Assembly: GCA_964354105.1 (NCBI GenBank)
Contig: CAYGXM010000004.1
Location: 5,193 to 69,192, forward strand
Direction of reading: 5' to 3'
Origin: Candidatus Woesearchaeota archaeon
Lineage (GTDB): Archaea; Nanobdellota; Nanobdellia; UBA10117
Length of the DNA stretch: 64,000 nucleotides
Positions within the stretch are counted from its first letter, which is position 1. Every line of letters starts with the position of its first letter. The notes under the pieces are model-generated. The model did no database searches. It was not told the DNA's origin and saw only the letters and a program-made list of their open reading frames with translations. The translations under genes were made by a program, and so were the position numbers. This document shows, in pieces, positions 8,582-16,367 of this stretch.

Positions 8582-9698
8582 CAACAGATGCCCCATTAAG
8601 TTCTATTATTGCTTACGCAGAGATCAGTATGGAGATTGCCCGTTTGAGTATCCTTCGCTTCCTCCGGAATGCGAAAAACCTTGCGCCTTGGGTGTTTTTG
8701 AGACCCTCATACCTGCAGAAGACCGACGGTATCTGATGCAAGATACTTACGACAAGGGCTACAAGGCTGTTGCAATAGAATTTCATAATGTCTCGCTGAA
8801 TAAAGCCGACATGTTTATAGAATTGGAAAACGGCCTGACGCAGAGCTTGAAAAAAGAAACTAACAAGGGAAAATTTCTTCCACTTCCCTGCAAAAGCATT
8901 TCTCACAAATCTCAGCACAGGGCCAGCGAGTTCAATAAGATGCATCATTGCCAGAGAATCTTCTCTAAAATAGACCACAAAAAACTAGGCTTTCAAGATG
9001 GCATTTTATCTAGGGTTGGAACTGCGTACCATACAATATGCAACCAGCAACATCGTGATTGGATCCAGGAAAACGATCTTTTGAAGGAATTAGGCATAGG
9101 GCCTGTCAGCAGAAAGACACATTGCGAAATCGGTCTTAGATATCACTACAAAGATTTAGTGGTATCTGCACACGCAGATGAAATCCTGCAGTATTTGCCC
9201 AACACTTCCAAATTTGGCAGTGACATTGGTGCGCCTTGTGTTTTGGACATGAAGCGTAAGGCTTATTCTATCTACGAAGAATATAGCTATTTGATGCAAC
9301 TCACTGCAAATATACTTGGCGTAGAAGAAACGCACAAAACTGATTCCGAATATTTTTACTTAATCACAGCTAAAAGGCCGCGAAGAGAAGTCATAGGAAG
9401 ATACAGGCTGCCAGAATATCATATAACTAAAATAGCAAAGAATGGCTCGATTATTAAACAATTCCATTCCGAACTCATCGTAACAAATGCCGAGCAATCA
9501 GAGCTGCTAAACGACAAACTAAAATGGGAAAAGAACAAAATGCTGCTCACAGATGTTGGAGACTGTACAAGCTGTTTTGATAAAGATGTTTGCAATTACA
9601 CTACAAAAACTATGTGTGAGAAGAGAATAAATGCGCGGGAAACCCTTGAGGATGTATTAAAGGCTGTCCTGCCAAACAAGGAGCTTCCAGGAACTTAG
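8556..9698 (+). CDS. candidate Cas4/RecB-like PD-(D/E)xK nuclease with Fe-S cysteine signature
   Basis: C-terminal 'CTSCFDKDVC' (C-x2-C-x5-C, 9564-9593) plus N-terminal cysteines, as in Cas4/AddB-type 4Fe-4S nucleases. Candidate 'HADEIL ... VLDMKRK ... YLMQL' nuclease motifs. 26-nt overlap with the upstream ORF. Confidence 0.35.
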   Translation: MIGEAGSSDNRCPIKFYYCLRRDQYGDCPFEYPSLPPECEKPCALGVFETLIPAEDRRYLMQDTYDKGYKAVAIEFHNVSLNKADMFIELENGLTQSLKKETNKGKFLPLPCKSISHKSQHRASEFNKMHHCQRIFSKIDHKKLGFQDGILSRVGTAYHTICNQQHRDWIQENDLLKELGIGPVSRKTHCEIGLRYHYKDLVVSAHADEILQYLPNTSKFGSDIGAPCVLDMKRKAYSIYEEYSYLMQLTANILGVEETHKTDSEYFYLITAKRPRREVIGRYRLPEYHITKIAKNGSIIKQFHSELIVTNAEQSELLNDKLKWEKNKMLLTDVGDCTSCFDKDVCNYTTKTMCEKRINARETLEDVLKAVLPNKELPGT

Positions 9699-9733
9699 AA
9701 AACGCTTTAAAGCAAATTTTTACTCTTTTTCTA

Positions 9734-9748
9734 TGCGGGCAGCGCAAA
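9734..9748 (+). repeat. 15-nt leader repeat TGCGGGCAGCGCAAA (copy 1 of 2; second copy 9958-9972; imperfect inverted copy 10138-10148)
   Basis: The identical 15-mer occurs 79 nt upstream of tRNA-Leu(TAA) and 52 nt upstream of tRNA-Leu(CAG). Each copy is followed by a short hairpin (GCAAAAGC-TTA-GCTTTTGC, or GCAAAG..CTTTGC) and by 'GCTGGTCCGC' (9799-9808 and 9985-9994). Confidence 0.7.
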
Positions 9749-9812
9749 AGCTTAGCTTTTGCTGGTTTGCTGATGCAAGCAGCGCATAAGCAAGTTATGC
9801 TGGTCCGCTGAC

Positions 9813-9947
9813 GCGGGGATACCCAAGCGGTCAAACAACGGCTGATGCCGAAGATTGCGAATAGCAGCTTCAGACGTTGGTTCAGAGGGGATGGACTTAA
9901 GATCCATTGGCTTAGTGCCTTCAGAGGTTCGAATCCTCTTCCCCGCA
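9813..9947 (+). tRNA. tRNA-Leu(TAA) with approximately 51-nt insertion in the D-loop
   Basis: Acceptor GCGGGGA/TCCCCGC plus A73. D-stem CCC..GGG. Anticodon arm ATGGA-CTTAAGA-TCCAT. Long variable arm TGGCTTAGTGCCTTC. T-arm AGAGG-TTCGAAT-CCTCT. Relative to the 84-nt paralog at 10010, an extra approximately 9836-9886 lies between the D-loop and the 3' D-stem. Confidence 0.8.
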
Positions 9948-10009
9948 TCTACTCATTTGCGGGCAGCGCAAAGACTGGCGCTTTGCTGGTCCGCGCTCGC
10001 TTCGCTCAC

Positions 10010-10093
10010 GCGGGAGTAGCGAAGTGGTCAAACGTGCTAGACTCAGAATCTAGTGGCTTAGTGCCTTCAGAGGTTCGAATCCTCTCTCCCGCA
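10010..10093 (+). tRNA. tRNA-Leu(CAG), uninterrupted
   Basis: Acceptor GCGGGAG/CTCCCGC plus A73. Anticodon arm CTAGA-CTCAGAA-TCTAG. The variable arm and T-arm are identical to tRNA-Leu(TAA). Confidence 0.9.
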
Positions 10094-10188
10094 TTTTGCT
10101 GTGCAAAATGCGACCAGCGAAATTGCTTGTAATTTCAGCGCTGCCGCATTCGATAAACTTATATTGCTTTATTTCCAACTTTTATCAT

Positions 10189-10194
10189 AGGAGG
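10189..10194 (+). promoter_or_regulatory. Shine-Dalgarno-like AGGAGG, 5 nt before the ATG at 10200
   Basis: Direct reading of 'cataggaggcaaaaatg'. Confidence 0.55.
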
Positions 10195-10199
10195 CAAAA

Positions 10200-11096
10200 A
10201 TGAAAATGCTTGGAATTGTAATAGGAATCTTGGCATTGCTAGCCTTTGTGCCTTTGGTTCATGCAGAGGATGTAGAAAATGAAACTCCTTCCGGCGAGCC
10301 TTTGGTAATTGCTCCATTAACAAACGAGACAGTAGAAGATTTGAATGAAAGCGATGCTAGCGGCTTCAAGCCATTAATACAAGAGCTTAAGGTGTTGTTT
10401 GAGCCTAACCAGGAAAGAAAAGTGCGGCTGGAACTTGAGCTGGCCCGATTAAGATTAATACAGGCTAAAATAGCTGCAAAGCACAACAACACTGCTGCAA
10501 TGGAAAGGGCAATAGAAGCGCACAACAGGATAATGGACAGGGTCAGGGCGAGAATAGAGGCCATTTCAAATAAAGGCGGGAATCTTACTGGCTTAGACAG
10601 GGCAATACAGGTGCATGAACTAAGAATTGCCAAATTAAATGCGATATTAGCCAGTGAAAATCTGACTGCAGAGCAAAAAGCAAAGATTGAAGCCAAAATA
10701 GAGCATATAGAAAATGTAACTTGGAAGCTGCAAAATATTCAGGCAAAGCTGTTAAACAAGACAAAGGAAAACGAGCTTGAAGAAGAAGAGCTGGAATTAG
10801 AAGAGAATGAAACAGCTGAACAAAATTGTACTGATTCTGATGGTGGAAAAGATTATTATGTAAGCAGCGGATTCAGATACCCTTGTGCTGGACATGGAAC
10901 TGCAACTTGCGGTGTTTTTGGAGAATATTGTGATGGGTCAAGACTTCATGAAGAATGGTGTGAAGACGGACAATATAAGGAAGAATATTATGACTGCCCA
11001 AATGGTTGCAAAGATGGCGCATGCATTTCAAACAACACTGTAACTTCAAGCTGTGGTGCAACAGGCTGTACAAGCTGCGGATGCGGCAATAAGTAA
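10200..11096 (+). CDS. secreted coiled-coil protein with C-terminal Cys-rich 'CTDSDGG' module
   Basis: Signal peptide 'MKMLGIVIGILALLAFVPLVHA'. Helical, Ala/Lys/Glu-rich middle with several N-x-S/T sequons. The C-terminus 'CTDSDGGKDYYVSSG...EYCDGSRLHEEWC...YDCPNGCKDGAC' resembles modules in the giant proteins. Confidence 0.7.
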   Translation: MKMLGIVIGILALLAFVPLVHAEDVENETPSGEPLVIAPLTNETVEDLNESDASGFKPLIQELKVLFEPNQERKVRLELELARLRLIQAKIAAKHNNTAAMERAIEAHNRIMDRVRARIEAISNKGGNLTGLDRAIQVHELRIAKLNAILASENLTAEQKAKIEAKIEHIENVTWKLQNIQAKLLNKTKENELEEEELELEENETAEQNCTDSDGGKDYYVSSGFRYPCAGHGTATCGVFGEYCDGSRLHEEWCEDGQYKEEYYDCPNGCKDGACISNNTVTSSCGATGCTSCGCGNK

Positions 11097-11257
11097 ATTT
11101 TAATTTATTTCTTTTTTATTTTTCATTTAACTACTGGGTTTATCTCTTGGCATCAGGCTTCGCAGCGCATCATGCAGGCTCGAGAAAGTAATCTAACCTT
11201 AAGAGCTTCCCTTAGAGTTAGCTAAAACTTTTAAACCATAAAACTGCTTTCAGAATT

Positions 11258-11572
11258 ATGGCATTGAGAAAACCGACTGCACAGGATAAAATCGCATTCT
11301 TTACCCGCAGAATCCTTGGGGAGAAAGGAAAAGCAATGATTTGGCGCTTTGCGGATGAAGCTGAATTTAACATCGAATACACCTGCCCGCATTGTGGCAA
11401 GCCAGGAGAAAAGAGGATGTTGCTTGAGAGAAAGAAAGTATCTATAACAAACCCGACAACGGGCAAGAGAAAATCAAAGAAAGCATACTTAATTCCTTGC
11501 GAATCCTGCAAGCAAGACATTGTAATAGAGCAGTGGGCAAAAGCAGGCCCAGGCAAGAAGAAGGCAGCATAA
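11258..11572 (+). CDS. small zinc-ribbon protein
   Basis: 104 aa with 'CPHCG' and 'CESC' pairs. Its stop abuts the next ATG (TAAATG). Preferred over the antisense ORF 11218-11607. Confidence 0.5.
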   Translation: MALRKPTAQDKIAFFTRRILGEKGKAMIWRFADEAEFNIEYTCPHCGKPGEKRMLLERKKVSITNPTTGKRKSKKAYLIPCESCKQDIVIEQWAKAGPGKKKAA

Positions 11573-12199
11573 ATGATACCCAAAATTGAATTTGTACATT
11601 CCTTCATTTACGATAAAATTATAGTGGAGGAATTTTGGGAAGATAAATACGATTACGATAAATCCAACAAGCGCATTTCTAATTTCATCAAAAAAGTTGA
11701 GCCTAAATGGAGAAAAATCGAGGGGAAAATTTTAGCCGAACTTTCAAGGGTTTCAGGCCTAAAATGGTCTGAGCCTAAAATCAAATGCTATGTTACAACA
11801 CATCATCTGGACGCCCCTTTTTCAGATCCGCTGACGATTGGCATACTCTATGGGAAAAATGATGAGCACACAGCCCCTGCAGGTTATTTCTTAGACATAC
11901 TCGTGCATGAATTGATACATCAATTGTTCATCCAACAGGGACAGAATAAAAAATTCCAGTACGCTTATTGGAAGCAGATAAACAAACACAAAAAAGAACA
12001 TTTTAATGTGACAATTCACATTTTGCTTCACGCTTTGCTGAAGCACCTTTTGCTGAAATACTTCGGCAAAGAAATGCTAAAAAAGGAGTTTGAAGGCTCC
12101 AAAAAATTATGTGATTACAACCGTGCCTGGCAGATTGTTGAGAAAGAAGGCTATCAAAACATAATTTCCGAGTTTAGAAAATACTTAAAAAGCAAGTAA
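11573..12199 (+). CDS. hypothetical protein with HExxH motif (putative metallopeptidase)
   Basis: 'ILVHELIHQLF' in a 208-aa ORF. Confidence 0.45.
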   Translation: MIPKIEFVHSFIYDKIIVEEFWEDKYDYDKSNKRISNFIKKVEPKWRKIEGKILAELSRVSGLKWSEPKIKCYVTTHHLDAPFSDPLTIGILYGKNDEHTAPAGYFLDILVHELIHQLFIQQGQNKKFQYAYWKQINKHKKEHFNVTIHILLHALLKHLLLKYFGKEMLKKEFEGSKKLCDYNRAWQIVEKEGYQNIISEFRKYLKSK

Positions 12200-12215
12200 T
12201 TCTGCTTTAGATTAT

Positions 12216-12289
12216 GCCTCTGTAGCTCAGTTCGGTAGAGCGCTTGCCTTGTAAGCGGGAGGTCGGCGGTTCAAATCCGCCCGGGGGCA
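12216..12289 (+). tRNA. tRNA-Thr(TGT)
   Basis: Acceptor GCCTCTG/CGGGGGC (two G-U pairs) plus A73. D-arm GCTC..GAGC. Anticodon arm CTTGC-CTTGTAA-GCGGG. T-arm GGCGG-TTCAAAT-CCGCC. Confidence 0.88.
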
Positions 12290-12330
12290 TACTTTTTAAA
12301 ATCATAGTATGTGTATATTCGAGCAAACAA

Positions 12331-12750
12331 ATGGTCGTAACGCACAAAGAACTTACTAGTGTTCTGAAAGAGCGAATAGGCATGTCCGACGAAGATGCTG
12401 TAAAAACTGCTCAGGAAGTTTTGGCTAGGTTTGGTTTCAACACATACATAGTTGACAATGTGTTGGAGGCTGCAGCTCACGAGGGTGGCGAGCGCGATAT
12501 GTTCTATATGCTTGAAGAAAAGGGTATTCTAGGCACTGATCGGGAAGAAATCACATTGTATACTGGTAGACCTTGGCGCATCTTTTATTGGTTCGTTAGA
12601 ACTGATTGGAAAGAGCCTAAATCAAAGCCTGTTGAGAATCCTATTAATCAATCCGAATATGCTCCTGCCGAAAAGCTGTATAATAAGGAAATCCCTGAAG
12701 AAGCCTGGAAACAGCGCACAGCTGTTGAGGCACAGGCAATAGCTTTATAA
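12331..12750 (+). CDS. hypothetical protein
   Basis: The track ORF starts at 12244 inside tRNA-Thr. The first in-frame ATG outside the tRNA is 12331 (MVVTHKELTS...). Confidence 0.45.
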   Translation: MVVTHKELTSVLKERIGMSDEDAVKTAQEVLARFGFNTYIVDNVLEAAAHEGGERDMFYMLEEKGILGTDREEITLYTGRPWRIFYWFVRTDWKEPKSKPVENPINQSEYAPAEKLYNKEIPEEAWKQRTAVEAQAIAL

Positions 12751-12772
12751 ATATCTTTGCAATATTGAAGCT

Positions 12773-13246
12773 ATGGACGAAAACTATGATATGTCTATGC
12801 TTCATGTCTACTTAGATAGAACAAAGCAGGCCTTTGAAGATTTCAAGGAATTGGCTAAAGATGGCGGGCTTATTGCCAGCTGGAAAACCCCTGAACAACT
12901 AAAGAAACATTATAACATTGATATTGAAATTTGCAAACTGACATATGTAAGACTTGCAAATGAGGCCATATCCAATTCGTCAGAACAATCAATTCCATTC
13001 AGACCTGAGTATATTAAGCGAGAGTGTGGAAACTCTTGCGAAGCCAAAAAACCAATTTTAATTCACGGAATAGAGAGATTAGCGCATGATTCTGTTTCTT
13101 CTACTGTAGAATTTTTGTACATTTTGTCAGAGCTTTGCTTAAATCATAAAATTCCTATTTTAGTACCTATGAATAAAAGATTTTATATAGAAGAAGGACT
13201 AGAGAAGTATTTGAAAGAATACGTGGTAGAACATGACACAAATTAA
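12773..13246 (+). CDS. hypothetical protein
   Basis: 157-aa ORF with a 14-nt overlap onto the next ORF. Confidence 0.45.
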   Translation: MDENYDMSMLHVYLDRTKQAFEDFKELAKDGGLIASWKTPEQLKKHYNIDIEICKLTYVRLANEAISNSSEQSIPFRPEYIKRECGNSCEAKKPILIHGIERLAHDSVSSTVEFLYILSELCLNHKIPILVPMNKRFYIEEGLEKYLKEYVVEHDTN

Positions 13247-13574
13247 GGTCTTTGAAGTACCATCAGACAAGCTGAAAGCTGTAAAGCCAATTCTAGAAGG
13301 GCCTGACAAGAAAGATCCTGCTACAGGAAAATGGATAATTAATGAGTGGGTAACTCGCGGATACAAATTAAATGATGCCCGAGGTTTAGGTTTAGAGGGA
13401 GCAAATTATTTCCTATATGTAAAAGCAGATGATGCTTTCTTCAAGAAGAATGAGCGGGCAATTTTAGATGCCGGTGCCAAGGAATTACAAGGCCCGGAAT
13501 ATGAAAAAGTAAAAAGGAAATTTGAGGAAGCTGCAGAATCCGCAGAAGCTGGCCTTGGGGCTATTTTCGGCTGA
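13233..13574 (+). CDS. hypothetical protein with ribosomal-stalk-like C-terminal tail
   Basis: 113 aa ending 'EEAAESAEAGLGAIFG', which resembles the conserved aP1 stalk tail (...AGLSALFG). Confidence 0.5.
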   Translation: MTQIKVFEVPSDKLKAVKPILEGPDKKDPATGKWIINEWVTRGYKLNDARGLGLEGANYFLYVKADDAFFKKNERAILDAGAKELQGPEYEKVKRKFEEAAESAEAGLGAIFG

Positions 13575-13586
13575 TTATATTTTATT

Positions 13587-14096
13587 TCAAAACTTTATTT
13601 CAGGTACAACAATTAGTTCTATACCCGCTTCTCTAAGTAATTTTTCCGAAAGTTCAAAATTATATGCTTGTTTCTGCAATTTAGGCACTAATTCGTGTGT
13701 AATCTTACAAGCATAGATTTCATCAGGCGTCACTATTTTAATGATGTCTGCAGCAATTATTGATTTTGCACAATCTGCGCAGGGAAACCATTCATTCAAA
13801 TAAAGTGTGCTATTTTGAATTCCTATCCCATCCCGTGCAGCGTAAGAAATTGCTCTTCGCTCAGCATGAATTGAAGGGCAAAGATCTAAGCCTTCGCCTG
13901 AGGCGCAATTTTTTCTTAAACATTTATGGTCTTTTTCATTTGCTGGCGGGCCATTCCACCCCAAAATATAATTTTCTAAAGAATTTACAATAACTGCAGC
14001 AATCGGATGTTTACTGCAAACTGATTTTGATAATGCCTGCTGCAATAAATAGCACACATCTAATGGAGCACCTCCATCACCAGTTCCGCCACCCAT
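13587..14096 (-). CDS. dCMP (deoxycytidylate) deaminase
   Basis: Zinc-ligand motifs 'HAERRAI' and 'PCADCAKSII'. 169 aa. Confidence 0.8.
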   Translation of the reverse strand: MGGGTGDGGAPLDVCYLLQQALSKSVCSKHPIAAVIVNSLENYILGWNGPPANEKDHKCLRKNCASGEGLDLCPSIHAERRAISYAARDGIGIQNSTLYLNEWFPCADCAKSIIAADIIKIVTPDEIYACKITHELVPKLQKQAYNFELSEKLLREAGIELIVVPEIKF

Positions 14097-14120
14097 GCTT
14101 CGCCTTAAACCTAAAGTTTA

Positions 14121-14579
14121 TTAAGGCTTTTTCAAAAGCCTATTTTGGCTAATCACTTTTTTGTAGGTTTTGCGTAGCTCTTTATTTATAGAACTTAAAT
14201 AAATTCTTAATTCATCGTCATCTGCGAATGCCGACATAGCCATGAACCCAATCCCATCGATAAGTGGGTCTTTTTCGTAACTAGCGTCTCCCAAAATAAG
14301 GTGGACAGGCATATGCGAGGAACTTGTTACCTTTTTTAAATGCCCTCCATATCTAGTTGAAATTCTTTCAGCGCCATCAGGAGAATATTCGTATTCAATT
14401 TTTGTCTCCAGACACATTCGAGAACCTGTGTTTTTTGCAACTTCTTTTAAAATTTCACACAGTTGTGTTATTCGCACAGGCTTGACAAACTTATAGCCAA
14501 ATTCTTCAGCTGCAAGAACATCCCTTTTCTTTTTGGGGATTGTATTTTTGTTTTTGGCATTATAAATAAATTCAGACAT
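14121..14579 (-). CDS. hypothetical protein
   Basis: 152-aa ORF with an ATG start. Confidence 0.45.
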   Translation of the reverse strand: MSEFIYNAKNKNTIPKKKRDVLAAEEFGYKFVKPVRITQLCEILKEVAKNTGSRMCLETKIEYEYSPDGAERISTRYGGHLKKVTSSSHMPVHLILGDASYEKDPLIDGIGFMAMSAFADDDELRIYLSSINKELRKTYKKVISQNRLLKKP

Positions 14580-14629
14580 ATCTCTTTGATAACCTAAACT
14601 TTATTAAGCCTTTTCTGAAGGCTTTGTTT

Positions 14630-14715
14630 GGGCCCTTGGTCTAGCGGTATGACGTCACCCTTACACCATTAAGGAAGAAAGGTGGAGGTCGCCAGTTCGA
14701 ATCTGGCAGGGCCCA
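14630..14715 (+). tRNA. tRNA-Val(TAC) with 14-nt canonical intron
   Basis: Acceptor GGGCCCT/AGGGCCC plus A73. Anticodon stem TCACC/GGTGG. Loop CTTACA|CCATTAAGGAAGAA|A. T-arm GCCAG-TTCGAAT-CTGGC. Confidence 0.85.
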
Positions 14716-14729
14716 CTAAATTCTTAGAA

Positions 14730-15377
14730 CTATTTCATTTCTTCCAGCGGCAAGCTTCCAAGCTCAGACCACCAGACCATATCCAATTCCTGCAGAGATA
14801 TTCGCTGGAGGTTTGCAAATCTCTTTAATTGCTGTTCAATTTCCAAATAACGCTGTTTTGATATTGATTCTGGAATTTCTTTGATAATCTTATGATTTAA
14901 AGCACTTGTCAGAATGTGCCTGTCTATTATAGCAATGTCAGAGCCGTAGCCAATATTTCTCAAAAAGTGGCTGGCTTCCTTCATTCCCAGGCCTTTGACA
15001 TTATCTGCCAGCCAGTTTCTCAAACCTGTTATGTCGTCTGTGTTGAGCATTCCTTTGATTTTTATCTGGCCTGCCCTTGAAAACTGATTTCTCGCCGATA
15101 CAATAAAATTAGCCTTGTTATTATGAAAACGAACCCCTGTTTTTTCCAAAACAGGTGCTATGTCTTTGATATCTCCTGTAAACAGAATTCCTTTTTCTTG
15201 AAGCTCTTTTATGGCTTTATTGGCTGATAAAGCTCTCGTCTGTGGCGTACACAAGCAGAAGCAAAGCTCTGCAAAGATTCTCTCATTAGATTCGTATTTT
15301 ACTTTATCCAATTCCTCAAGCCTTTTTTTAATATCTGCTTTTTTGGAAGCATAAAGCAAGAATAAAGGTGATTCCAT
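14730..15377 (-). CDS. ogg: N-glycosylase/DNA lyase (archaeal Ogg2-type 8-oxoguanine glycosylase)
   Basis: HhH-GPD region 'GLGMKEASHFLRNIGYGSDIAIIDRHIL'. The track start 15383 is GTG; the ATG at 15377 is used here. Confidence 0.75.
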   Translation of the reverse strand: MESPLFLLYASKKADIKKRLEELDKVKYESNERIFAELCFCLCTPQTRALSANKAIKELQEKGILFTGDIKDIAPVLEKTGVRFHNNKANFIVSARNQFSRAGQIKIKGMLNTDDITGLRNWLADNVKGLGMKEASHFLRNIGYGSDIAIIDRHILTSALNHKIIKEIPESISKQRYLEIEQQLKRFANLQRISLQELDMVWWSELGSLPLEEMK

Positions 15378-15414
15378 CAACACAAAACAAATTGAAAGGA
15401 ATAAAAGGTTATTG

Positions 15415-15939
15415 CTAATACTGAATTCCTTTCTGCGCTTTGATGCCTGCTTTCAGCGGATGTTTTATATCTCTGATTTCGTTAACAAAATCTGCTTTCT
15501 TGATCAATTCTTTTGATGCATATCTTCCAGTTAGCACGACGACTGTCTTACTGGGTAAATCCCTAAGGGCTTTGAGAACTTCAGCTAATGTCAAGAGCTT
15601 GCAGTAAAGTGCTAAATTAATCTCATCAAGTATCAACAAATGTGGTTTTTTCTTCTTTGAGATATCAACAGCGAACTTCAGGGCGTTCCTTGCCAGCTTT
15701 TTGTCTTCATCCGTCAGATTCTTCAGGCCAATCCAGCCTTTCCTGCCGAATTGGTGGACTTCATAATAGGGCTTCAACATTTTCTGTATCTTGTATTCGC
15801 CTGTGTGCTTCCACCATTTCAAGAATTGAATTACAACAACACGATGCTTATGTCCGATAGAGCGCATAGCTAGGCCTAATGATGCTGTTGTCTTACCGGC
15901 ACCTTCACCTGTGTAGACAAAAATTTGTGGTCTAGCCAT
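15415..15939 (-). CDS. cobO: ATP:cob(I)alamin adenosyltransferase (CobA/CobO/BtuR family)
   Basis: 'VYTGEGAGKTTASLGLAMRSIGHKHRVVVIQFLK' and 'LLILDEINLAL'. The start is set at 'MARPQIF' (ATG 15939), giving an ATGGCTAG overlap with the upstream ORF. Confidence 0.75.
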   Translation of the reverse strand: MARPQIFVYTGEGAGKTTASLGLAMRSIGHKHRVVVIQFLKWWKHTGEYKIQKMLKPYYEVHQFGRKGWIGLKNLTDEDKKLARNALKFAVDISKKKKPHLLILDEINLALYCKLLTLAEVLKALRDLPSKTVVVLTGRYASKELIKKADFVNEIRDIKHPLKAGIKAQKGIQY

Positions 15940-16330
15940 GTTGCTCCCAGAACCAATCTTCAATCGGCTTTTCAAGCATGTAGTTCGGCTCTCTTTGTTC
16001 GCCTTTTGGAAAAGGCATATCTATAAGTTCTGCAAGATATGCATTAATCTCCAGTTCATAGCCTAAAGTTGGTTTTTCTTTGCCGGATCTGCAATTCTCA
16101 CAATAAGTTTTATGCCAATCATAAACTTTTTTTATTCTATCTCTAAGCTTAACATCGTCTTTGTCCTTAAGGTCGAAATGAATTATCATCTCAATTCCAT
16201 TTTCATATTTAGGAGGTCTCCTGCTATCCAGCTTAATGTAAGTATCAGTTAGCTCTATTATACGGAAAGAAGAGAAATGATGGTCTAAGGTTATTCCAGC
16301 ACCAAGATATTCCTCAATTCCTGTGGCCAT
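15932..16330 (-). CDS. hypothetical protein
   Basis: 132-aa ORF between lrp and cobO on the same strand. Confidence 0.4.
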   Translation of the reverse strand: MATGIEEYLGAGITLDHHFSSFRIIELTDTYIKLDSRRPPKYENGIEMIIHFDLKDKDDVKLRDRIKKVYDWHKTYCENCRSGKEKPTLGYELEINAYLAELIDMPFPKGEQREPNYMLEKPIEDWFWEQHG

Positions 16331-16367
16331 GCAATCAAATATAGTTTAGAATTTAAGTATCTTTTGT

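Noticed and set aside
4505-9698. Calling the PolB-containing block a casposon, provirus or plasmid insertion
   Set aside because: No Cas1, integrase, capsid-like gene, terminal inverted repeats or duplicated tRNA 3' fragment could be seen. It is kept only as a hypothesis in the findings.
9610-10132. Track ORFs 9610-9948 (-) and 9845-10132 (+)
   Set aside because: They run through the two tRNA-Leu genes and their leaders, and no protein motif is present.
11218-11607. 129-aa minus-strand ORF
   Set aside because: It is antisense to the zinc-ribbon ORF 11258-11572. That ORF has paired CxxC motifs and abuts the next plus-strand gene (TAAATG), so the plus-strand reading is preferred.
13233-13574. 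Annotating this ORF directly as ribosomal stalk protein aP1
   Set aside because: Only the last approximately 8 residues match. The N-terminal domain does not resemble the aP1 helical dimerisation domain, so the call is left as hypothetical with a note.
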